A DNA stretch of 63,409 nucleotides, filler included, from Octopus bimaculoides (taxonomy: Eukaryota): assembly GCF_001194135.2 (NCBI RefSeq). It is 4 parts of 4 records of this genome, joined end to end, with 100 filler letters (N's around TTAATTAATTAA, not from the genome) between each part and the next. Parts side by side here need not be neighbours in the genome. Positions count along the whole stretch, not along the records: positions 24,762 to 53,841 come from NC_068983.1; 3 more parts are not named here. The stretch is one strand, 5' to 3'. Position numbers and translations under genes: made by a program. This document shows positions 38,611-50,600 of the stretch, piece after piece. The notes beneath the pieces were generated by a model. That model had not been told where the DNA came from. It saw only the letters and a list, made by a program, of their open reading frames with translations, and searched no databases. Numbering within the stretch: the stretch's first letter is position 1; every line of letters starts with the position of its first letter.

Positions 38611-41600
38611 GGCTGTGTGCCTGTTTTTCCCCCACCACTGCTTGATAACTGATGTTGGTGTGTTTACATTCACGTAACTTAGTTGTTCAATAAAAGAAGT
38701 GCAAGGCATAAAAAAGAAATCGATTTGTTCGATTTAAATTCTTCAAGGAGGTGCCCCAGCATGGTCACAGTCTGATGACTGAAAAAGATAAATGAACCAC
38801 TAAATTCTTTAGTAAAACTTTAAGCTAAGGGAAGTAACTCTTGTTTACCTATCTCAGTAATGCAATGGCCTTGAAACGTCTTGTGGTCGCTTTGCCTGCT
38901 AGAAATACCAACCCAAATGCTTTTAAATCAGATCTTAATGCTGGATGCTTAAGAACCAAATGAAGGGCAGATGGCAGATTTTCAATCCCAGGATCATCCT
39001 GATTCCAAAAAAGGTGTAATATGTCTATGTAGAGCAAATGTAGACTGAGATAGAGGGGTCCCAGACAGACAGAATTTCACTTTTATTAATATAGATTTGT
39101 AGTCATTAAGCTTTACAATGTAACTAAATTATTTATCATCATCATTTGATGTCCATGTTCCATGCTGGCATGTGTTGAATGGTTTGACAGAAACCTATGT
39201 CTAAGGAATGTATTGTGCTCCATTGCTTTGGTATGGTTTTTACTGTTGGGTGTCCTTCCTAATGCCAGTCACTTTACAGTGTGGACTAAGTGCTTTTTTT
39301 TTTCTGTGCCACCTGCACTTTTGAGGTCACTGTGCATTTTGCAGGACTACAAGCCCTAAGGGAGGTGGGTGAGGTCAGCATCATGCTAGGGTATGAAGGT
39401 AATTACTATGAGAGAGTGAGGTAGAGCAGGTTCCTGCAAAGGGATTCGCATGGATGCTCACGTCTAGTATAGAAAGAAAACAAATTTGTTAAAGATAGAT
39501 TTAGAGGAAATATAATACTTGATATCTTTGGAAATTACCTTAGCATGTGATAAAGGTATGATGTATGATTGACAGTTATTGTACTCTGTACTTTGATGGG
39601 GCATATGACTTTGCAGTTGTTTGTCTGTTTGACAGACAAATCCTACTCCAACTCTACAGTTGTGTGGTTGTAAATAGAAGAGTAACCAGGCGTAAAAACT
39701 GTTGTTCCAGGAGTCAATGTGGAATTATCTAGGTGGTTGTTTGATTTTAAAATAGCAGTCAAATCTCCCCTTAGTCACATCCTACTGTCTTAGAAATAGC
39801 ATCATATGTTGGGTAATGTTGTCTAAGATGTACTATTTCTGAATAAAAGGTGGGATGGTCATGATTAGAATGCCTTTGAATATAGGTTTGCTCAATAAGA
39901 GCTGACCTGCAGTTTAATAACAAAACTTATCCATCTGTCTAACATACTGTATATAAATACAAGACAGTTATGTCAATGAGGGTTCCAGTTAATCCAATTG
40001 TCAGAACAGCCTGCTTATGAAATTAATGTGCAAGTGGCTGAGTACTCTACAGACACATGTACCCTTAAAGGAGATCAGTGTGACAAGATTGGCCCTTTGA
40101 ATTACAGTTACAATTCATTTTTGCCAGCTGAGTTGACTGGAGCAATGTGAAATAAAGTGCCTTGCTCAAGGACACAACATGCCACCAGGAATCGAACTCA
40201 TGACCTTAAGTGGATTTCCAAAGTTTTGAAAACTCGTTTAGAAATTAGATGCCAGCATTTGATGGAAGAGAGGCAACTTTAAAGTTTATTATGAAAAGAA
40301 TATAGGGAAATGAAGCAGCATATATTAAGGAAATATAGGGAAATCGAAGTTGAACCAAATTCGATGATTGGCACCCCTGCCAGTGGAGCGCTAACAGCAC
40401 CATCCGAGTGTGATCATTGCCAGAGCAGCTGTCTGGCTCCTGTGCTGTTGGCACGTGAAAAGCACCATTTGAGTGTGATCATTACCAGTGTTGCCTTACT
40501 GGCACGGAAAAACATTTGAGTGAGGTCATTGCCAGTCCCGCTGGACTGGTTCCTGTGCAGGTGGCATGTAAAAAACACCATTTGATTATGGCCGTTGCCA
40601 GTACCGCCTGACTGGCCCTCGTGCCGGTGGCATGTAAAAGCACCCACTACACTCTTGGAGTGGTTGGTGTTAGGAAGGGCATCCAGCTGTAGAAACTCTG
40701 CCAGATCAGATTGGAGCCTGGTGCAGCCATCTGGTTCGCCAGTCCTCAGTCAAATTGTCCAACCCATGCTAGCATGGAAAGTGGACGTTAAACGATGATG
40801 ATGATAGGGAAATGAAGCAGGAAAAATATATGTAACATACTCCAGAACAAGTAAGTTGAACCATCCATGACTGTATTTCTAGCACTTCATGTGTTTTGAT
40901 AAATTCAAATTTTAGTAAAATGACTTTATTTATTGTTATAATAAACTCTCGTTTGAAATAAATGATTCTTTCATACAAATATGATTTGGAGGATCAACAA
41001 AATAAAGTACCAGTCATGTACTAGGGTTGATTTGATTGACCTACTCTTGCTTTTTCCAAACTTTTAGCCTTGCTCCTTTCCATCCTGAAAAGGTAGTTGT
41101 TATTAACTACTTTTTTGTCTTATGTTTTCTTTTCTAGGTCAATGAAGATACACGTACCTGTTTTTTCCATTTTATATCCTCATTTTTGGTTACCAGGAGT
41201 GATGCTGTTATCAGTGAACTAATTACTAAACATCAAAGTATTTCCATTTATATTTCACTTTCAAAAAATTCAAGAAATTTTTTTTTCCTTTGTTTAATAA
41301 TAATAGCAAAATAGAATCTTTCACCAAAACTTAAAAACCCAAAGAGCTTTAACGCTTAGTTTTAAAAACTGTCGCTCAGTTGCAATAAATTAGCATGTTA
41401 TATATACCTGTAAATGTCTCCTGAGTCTCGTAGCTTTACTCCTGGAAGATTTGGTACTTATTCCCAACAGCTGAGTGAATTGCAAAGAAAGTGTTCTGCC
41501 CAGGATCAATGAAACAAATGCAATAGATCTGAACTCCACCACCAATCACTTTACAGAATGTGATGTGTAGATTTTATTGCAGCACTAGTTCTAAAAAAGG

Positions 41601-44600
41601 TTGTCATGTCCTTAAACAAGACTGTGTCCTGTCAGTTGCATGTTGTTCCTCTGTGTTCACCAACCACTTGTCTCCACATGTACATTACTTTAGAGTATAT
41701 TGAGTGCCTTTATCACAGTACCAGGGCTAGTGAAGTTGCTTTGTCCTCTGCAAGACACTGTTCTGTATTCTCTCCATTCATTTGGGGCAACATGACTAAT
41801 GGAGTTAGTTGAAGTGGCAGGGGGTATTGCTGAAGAGGAACAAGGGTGAATAGAAGAAAGAAATGAGAGTATGGTGGAGGAAACAGTGCTAGAAGGAGTA
41901 TTTTAAGAGAAATAATAATGTCAAGGTGTAATGAGAGGTAATGTTTTCTGGTGAGAAAGAGCAAGAGAGAATGGGGTGGGTTGTAATGAGTACTAACAGA
42001 TCCAATGCAATCCCTCAGGTATCATGATGAGAGAGATACTTATTGTTTGCTGGTTAGAGAGAAAAAGACTGCTAGTTGTAGAAATAGGCAGTGGTGAGTA
42101 AAATATCAAATAATGTTAATGGCTGGCTTATTTCTTTTCTTGATGGCATGGATTGGTGAGGACATACAGCTTCTCACCAATATTCACATCCTTCATCATC
42201 TGGCACACAGCAACAGAAAAAGCCAATCATCTTTGTTGTATGTGTCATGCTTCTTTCCTTTTGGTGAAGGTATGTTTTTTTATGGATGAATGCTTATTAT
42301 AATACCAGCCAGCACTAGGAGGGTTGTTTATGGCAATACTAAAAAGTCCTCTCTATTCTATCAATTTCTAATGAAAGTTACTGATCTACAGATGGAATTT
42401 CTGCACTGTTGTTTGCATGGTTCATGTTTCCAGTCTTTCTTCCTTCTCCTACTTCCAGCCTTCCCACATCTGCCACATTTAAAACTTGTGTTTTGTCGCA
42501 GACCTAATTCTCTTCCCAATCTCATATTGGTGAATAGAGTATCTAATATCAGAAAAAAAAATGAGCATCTTAAAAAGGTCATTTCAGTTCAGTCATCATA
42601 TATTTAATAATGTTTATTGTCCCACTTGTACATTCATGTAGACATAGCAGTATGGCTAAGAAGCTCATTTTGCAACAGTATTGTTTGGGCTTCAATCACA
42701 GTTGTATGGCACCTTGAACAAACATCTTATACTATAGCTTTGAGTTGACCAAAGCCTTGTGTGCAAAATTTGGTAATCAGAAACTGTATTGGCCCCTGTT
42801 GGAGAGACCGTTCCTGTTCCACTGTGGCAGACTTCATCTCTCACCCAGTTCAGTACCATCTGGGATTTGATTGGCTTTCACAGAGTGCATTCTATTGTGA
42901 TCATCAGGCCATATCTCTAGTCTCAAGATAACTTCTTCCTTTCTTCCTGTCCATCTCAGAGACCCTGTATAGGGTTGCTGGTGCTGTTCTTCCTTCTCTT
43001 TATCATTAAAAAAAAAATAGTATATAAAATGATTTTATAATTTCATCATTACAGATGTTATCATCCGTGTTACGAGGGCAGTGGATTAGCTGAATGATTA
43101 GAACTTCAAACAAAATGTCATGCAGTATTTGTTCTGACTCTTAACATATCGAGTTCAAATCTCACGATGGTCAATTGTACCTTTTGTTCTTTGAGATAAG
43201 TTAAATAAATTACCAGTCAAATACTGACATCAATTGGATTAACCCTTCCCCCAGAATTTCAGGCTTTGTGCTTACATTGGAAATGATGATAATCAATATT
43301 ATAAATTTATCCAAAAATTATATTTCAGTTTTACTTTTTTAGCAATTGTGAAACTGATGTTTGAAGGAATGGAAGTAGACAAGGCATCTTCACTTGAAAT
43401 TTTTCTGCCCCTTGTTTTAGAAAAGGTAAGTGAAATTAACATTTTGATCACATCCCTCATAAAACCAAACTGAGTTTAGTAACTTAAATTCAATTTGAAA
43501 GAGTTTGATAAAAGTTACTGCATAACCTACAAAGGGGTGCTGAAAATTTCCTGGCTTCGAGACTATCACGAAAGGCCTGGTTGGAGGCCCAACCTTCTGA
43601 GTTCTTTTACAGGGCTTAGGAAAACTGAAGGGCCACTGCAATAAGTGTGTGAATCTAATCATAATTAACTGATCCTCCTGTATTTTTTTTTTACCCAAAG
43701 CCAAGAACTTTTCAGCACTTCCTTGTATACTACATTAGATGTTTGGGGTCCATCTATAATGGAATATAATTGGAGCATAATCTAATCTAATCTTATTTAT
43801 TGTTTTTAAATAATGAGGGGTTAATGGTGCTGAACTGCTAAACACATCAGTGGTTCAGATTTTGCTAGGCTTAATGTTGAAATCCTTTGCAAGTTGTGTG
43901 ACTGCCTGAGTGAGTAAAAAAATTTCTTAAAATATTCATTTTTTTGGTTTGTAGTGGCATCCACCTTCAAAAAAAGTTTCTTATACTAAAAAGAGAACAA
44001 AAAAAATCTTATCTCACTGATGCAGTGGTTGTGTGTGTGCACTCTTAGTTGAAAGAGATTGCTATTTACTATCCCTTTTGAACTACATTCAATTTAAACC
44101 AGACAGCAAGACTTCCTCTGTGTCAGCAGATCTTAACCTGAATGACTTCATCCTCTTGACAGACTTTATGGGTAAGCTATGGTGGGGTGCTGAATGTTCA
44201 GAAGGAGAATGTCATGAATCTTCTTAGAAATATTTAAACACCTTTTCAAAAAACAAATTTGTTGGGATTAGAATATGAGTCAGACATGTTGTTATCAGTG
44301 TGCTGAACACATGATTGATGATACATAAAGTTCCAATATAAATTCATTATATAAGTCCTCATCTATAGTAATTTCCATGAAAATTTAACTTAGGGGACTA
44401 ATCCATGCATACACATACATGTTTTCATAGATACCCATGGTAAATATCATACTACCAGTCATATCTACTGTGTCGTTGCTGTTAAGAGATATGGGGGAAA
44501 ATAGCTACAAGCTCTTTCTTCCAGATTTTCTAATAATTCTTTCTTGATTTTGTTTAATTACAGATTGTCAAAAATGATGTAATTGGTAAAGGTCTCAAGG

Positions 44601-47600
44601 TGAAAATATTTAAATGTCTTGAATTAACTGGATTGGTTAAGTTATACAATTGGAATGGTCCTGATCAATGGAAAAAAATAGTGTTAGAGAAAGTTAAAGT
44701 AAGCATAATTATTGTTTTGATATATGTTGATTTCTTTAAGTAATACATTCAAATGAAAATTCTGCTAAAGATTTTGACAGCTGGATGTCTTTCCTGTTAC
44801 AAACAGTTGTGATAGGATGAGTTGTGTCCATTGTAACACCAACACTAGAGAGAGACCAAATGTTATTTATAATACTCTACTTCATTGGGGAATTGTTTTC
44901 ACAGTAAAATTAGGAAGCATTCCTCTCTTGAATAGAAGTTGACAAGAAAGAAAGAGGAGCTGATGAAAAGTTTTGCTGCTACCCAGCAAAACTGGATAGC
45001 AGAGATTAGTTTATTGCTTTGTGGGTTAGATTGGAAAAACTGCTGACTTTTCATCTTATTGATTATTTTATGATTACAAGAATACTTTTGTCATGTGAAA
45101 GAACTGGAGAAAATATGAAAAATTAGATTTAAAAGTGAGTGGGATAGGCAAATGCTGAGCACTATTTAAACTTGACACCTAACCACAACAGAAAGGATTT
45201 ATGAAATGTGAGACAGACAGATATTCTTTTCATCACAGACCTTTAAGTCAATATATAGTTGTGTGCTAACAGCTTGGTTTTCATTATCAAAAAACATTGT
45301 ATATTCTAGTGAGAAATTCTAGATGTATATGATTGTTAAGACTCTATCATCTCTCCTTTTCTGTTTATGCCTACTATTCAGATTATCACTGGAGTGAATA
45401 TAATAAATGTATTCTCATTGTAGATTCAATTAACAAACTGGTGGGAAAAAAGATTGCCACTTGCAAGTGTGGGCTTCAGTTAAAAAAAAAAAATTAAATA
45501 AACATGAATAAGACTAGATCAAATTTATTAGCTTGTAAAGACCACAAAATCTGCATACAGGAAAAGATTAGTTGGAAACTTATTGTTTGGCCAATAAGTG
45601 CATGTTAAGTGCTAAATGATTTCTGGAGATTGTTTGGATGTATCAGTTGTACCAGGGAAATTAACAATATGAGAATTTCAGCTACTTGGAGAGTTTGCTG
45701 GAAGTAGTGGATAAGCTCTGTTACATAAAAGATATAATTCATGCTGGAGGTGAAGTTTGCAGTAGCATAGAGACTAGTTATCAATATCTTAAAAACTATT
45801 TTGTCTTGCTGCTATAATTGTCTAATAGTATGAAGTAGGCATGATTTTGTATGGTAGTAAATGCATACAGAAGATCTAAGGTGATTTGTAGAAAAACGAG
45901 TTATTACCTGTTGGATGTGCACTGTTTTATTTACAAAACAAGCTAACGTTAAATAAGTTGAGAAAATAGCTATACAGAAGAAATGACTTCTTATATGCTC
46001 ATATTATTTGAATACATACCCAATACTAAACAATAAAATGCTATGACTTGATAGTAAACCTAAGATTGCAGGGTGTTTGTTTCAGACAAATCTACAATGT
46101 CCCTTTCCATCTCTGCAATTTATCTCAGCTAAAAAATCCAATAATTTTCAGGTTGGGCTTTACTTTTTCTTACATTTATCAGTCTATATCTATCGTATCT
46201 TTCAACATCAACCAACTCTTGGCATTTTTTTTTTTTTTCAAACCTACTGCAAATATTTCTTTTAACTAGTAATTCTCTTTTGTTCCAGGATACTTATCTT
46301 CATTTATCTTTGGTCTTATACATATTTAAAAAGAAAATCGTTATCAATTTTAATAGAAGTATAAAATTAGAAAGAAATGGCTAAAATTTGGACTGATTTA
46401 CATTGCTGTGTTTAATTTTCTCTTAACTTTATTTTCATTCCTGTCATATTTATAAAAAATTAATACTGGAGTCAGTTAAGACATCTTTTCTTTTCTGCAA
46501 AATCTCATTGTACCAAAGGTTTTCTGTAATGACATTACTTATTTTCATGGATGTCTTTTGCAGGTGAAACAATGTGACAATGCTGAAGATCTTGCTATAA
46601 TACGAAAATGTACACATGAACTTCTTCTTGAACTTTTGACCTCTACCCGTAATGGCATTATATTCTTTGATAAATCCTTTGGACTGTAAGTGAATGTTTC
46701 TTTTCAATATTATCACTCCCTCTTTAATGAGTTGTTTCAAGATAAATATCATGACAAAAATTTTTTTAATTATAGTGTTTTGTAGAGCAGGATAACCTAT
46801 TCTGATCTGCAATTTTGAAAACTGAGTTTTACATCTGTTTCTCCTTGCTTGCAAGAGTGTGATGACTTATTTGTTGGGACTTTTGTTTTTAGAGCTTGAT
46901 AAAATACCTACATGTCTATTGTTCATGAAAGAGGAGTAGAAGCTTTTCTTTACTGTTTTTTCGTTGGGTAAACTGGAGTAAGCAAAATTAGGGGTGTAGT
47001 ACTATGTACGAGGAGTGTTCACTAAAGATTTCCCCTGACCCACTTTCAGTTATTACAGGAAACAGAACTTGTATAGATGTAATCATACATGTCCCTACAT
47101 GTCACATTGTAAATTGCAGTTTTCCACTAGTATTCATTTGTCTTTTATGGCTGCTGAAGTGGAGTAAGGTGTTATTATGGAGGCAATTGAATACAGATCA
47201 GTGATCAAGTTCTTATACTCGAAAGGTTATACACCAAAAGAGACTTTCAATGAGATGAAAGAAGTTTATGGTTACGATGCACCATCATACAACATAGTCA
47301 AGCACTCGCATTGCCAGTTCAAATGTGGTCGGACATTAATGGAAATTGCTCCTATTCCTGGACGACCACATTCTGCCATTGATGATAACACCATCCATAA
47401 AGTGGAAGCCGCCATTTTGGAGGATTGCCACATAACTATTCAGCAACTAGCTTGAGAAGTTAAGATAAGGGTCCATGAGAAAAAGTCATTCACGACCATT
47501 TGCACATGTGGAAGTTGTCTGCACAATAGATTCCCCCAGATGCTCACGCATTTTCAAAAGCAGGAACAAGTCAATTGCTCCCAGGCTCTTTTGGTAATGT

Positions 47601-50600
47601 GCCAAGAAAACAAGGACTTTTTCAGCAAACTTATCACACAGGATGAAACATGGGTCCATCACTGTGATCCTGAGACTAAAGTCCAATCGAAGCAATGGAA
47701 GCATGATAACTCACCACCTCCGAAGAAGGCTCGTATCCAATGCTCAGCAGGCAAGGTGATGCTCAGTCTTTTGGGACCAGCATGGAGTAGTGATAATGGA
47801 TTTTCTAGCAAAGGGCACCACAATTCACAAGGCATATTATGCTTCTCTACTGCGGAAATTGCAGGGTGCCATCAAAACAGAGAGGCGTGGCATACTGACC
47901 AAAGGAGTCCACCTCCTCCAAACAAAACTCCAGTTCACTATGTGCATGTTGCCAATATGAAAGTACACTCCTGCAGCTATGTAATCCTTTCTCATCCCCC
48001 TTATTCTCCTGACTTCCACCTCTCTCCAACCACATGATGAATTTATTTCCGAGGTAAAATCTTAGCTCCAGACACAACCTACCGACTTCTACAGAAGAAG
48101 TCTTCACAGCTGCATAAAGCGATGGGAGTAGTGTTACCAATGGTGGTGGCTTTGTAGAGAAGGACAGTCACTATTCGGTCCAAAAAAGGTTCATTCATGA
48201 GAGCACATATTCACTCTCTGCACGCAATTAGACTTGGAAAGTTTATGAGGAACCCATTGTCCCAATTTACTAACTTTTCTGATGGCATGCAGGTATCGAT
48301 GAATGGTTGAATGACCAAATCCAAGCTTTTCTGCTAGTTCCTAAATAGTTATGATGGGATTTTGTTCCCACAAGGTTTGCAGGATGTCCTCGTCGAGCTC
48401 TACAGATCTTCCAGGAAGAGGCTTGTCATCTGGGCTGTAGTTTCCAGCTTGGAATTTCTGAAACCACTGACACTGGCTTACACTTATTGTCCGATTCTCA
48501 TATACTTGCATAATATTCTTCACACTTTCCATTCCATTGTTGCCTTTATTGAACTCACAAAGCAAACTATGCCAAATATGCTTCTTTGTCACTTCTGTTA
48601 CCTTGGTGACCAAGTCAGTAGCAGATGTGTATGCTCTGAGAGTGTAGCTGCTAGAATAAGAATAGCCTATGCAAAATTCAGAGAGCTCCTAGTTCTGCTG
48701 GTAACAAAGGGCCTCTCACTCAGAGTGGAAGGTAGACTGTATGAACAGCCATACTACATGGCAGTGAAACATGGGCTGTGACTGCTGAGGACATGCGTAG
48801 GCTTGAAAGAAATGAAGCTAGTATGCTCTGCTGGATGTGTAATGTTAGTATGCACACATGACAGAATGTAAGTACCCTGAGAGAAAAGTTGGATTTTAGA
48901 ACATCAGATGTGGTGTGCAAGAAACGACTGCGCTGGTATGGTCATTTGATGCGTATGGATGAGAACAGCTGTGTGAAGAAGTATCACACCCTAGCAGTGG
49001 AGGGAATCTGTGGAAGAGGTAGACCCAAGAAGACTTGGGATGAGGTGGTGAAGCATGACCTTCAAAGGTTGTACCTCACACAGGCAATAATAAACGACTG
49101 AAACCTTTGAAGATATACTGTGCTTGAGAAGACACAGCAAGACAAGTGAGACTGTAGTTGTGGCCGATGACAGTGTCACACAACTGGCTCATTTAAAAGC
49201 ACCATTCAATCATTGGGCAATAGGCCATGCTTGTGAAGACCTGTTGAACCGAGTGAAATCATGATGACTGATGCCAGTGCTGCCTGACTGGCACCCATGC
49301 TGGTAGCATGTAAAAGCACCATTCGAGCATGGTCGATGCCAGTGGCACATATAATGCACCATTCGATCATGGCTGATGCCACTGCACTCTCAGAGTAGTT
49401 GGTGTTAATAAGGGCATCCTTGCCAAATCAGACTGGAGCCTGGTGCAGCCTCCTGGCTTGCCAGTTCTCAGTCAAACTGCCCAATCCATACCAGCATGGA
49501 AAGCGGACATTAAATGACGTCAATGATAATGATTATAGCTTTGAAAAAATAACTGTTAAAATTGAACTGCTCTCTCCAAAACTTGCACTAAGAATAAGGA
49601 CAAGGTGAAATTACTATCTGCTTTTATAGCAAGTTGGTGCAGGTAGTTTATCCCATACCCCTATGACTATTAATTCATGCAATTGAAATAACTGCATTAT
49701 TTATGGGATGACCCAACATATACAGGGTGGGATGGGTAAATTGTTGCCATTTTATATTTTTAACTTCGTGCATGTGCAGTGTCTATTTTTGATTTTGTCG
49801 ATTACACAGTAAAGTAGGATCAGTTGGGCACAACCTGTGAGAAAAACAGCACCATGATGCAATTCATTCTGCCAGAAATTTGGAAACGACATACTGTACT
49901 GCTTGGCATTCAGGCTGGAAACTCCAATACAAACATTTCAGAGTGTTTAGGTGTCAATCTGAGGACATATACCAAGAGTGATGAAAATCAAATATCCCAT
50001 CAACATCATGTTTGGAGTGATCACTAGTGATGGCAACGTTATGTCTCATTCATCTTCCCACACGGCCTCAGACTCAACACGGAGGCCTACATCAAGTGCC
50101 TGGAGGAGGTAGTGCTGCCCTGGATCAAGAGGGTGGCTGCTGGAAGACCTTGTGTCTGGCAACAAGACTCTGCATCATGCTTCAGAAACAGGAGAACCCA
50201 GTCATCGCTGTCAGACAATTTCTACAACCACATCACCCTCAACATCTGGCCACCTAACTCCCCAGACTGCAACTCCTTTAATTATTATGTGTGGGCATAG
50301 TTGTGCGAGAGACCAACAAAACTCCATGTAACACCAAAAATGAACTGAAGGCAAGGATTATGGCAGCATTCACCAACTTAAACAAGGTGCCCATCCAGAA
50401 GAATTGCAGGAGATTCCGAAGTTGTCTGGAGGCTGTGGTTGAAGCCTTTTATTGAATGGGTTTTCTCTTTAATATTTCAAAATATTTTTATGTAATTTTG
50501 ATAAATATATCTGTTAAAATGAGATGTCAGTGTTATTCTCATTTTTGCATAATTTAGATGACCCTGTATATATATATATATTATCATTTAATGTCTGTTT

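Noticed and set aside
43810-43860. SECIS-like hairpin (CTGAACTGCT-AAACACATC-AGTGGTTCAG)
   Set aside because: ATGA-to-AAA spacing is too long, no GA quartet, and it is intronic rather than in a 3' UTR.
46686-46860. Possible extra URB1 exon just after exon 7
   Set aside because: The candidate AGs I tested lead to early stops in the required phase; exon 8 at 52319 continues the homology without a gap.
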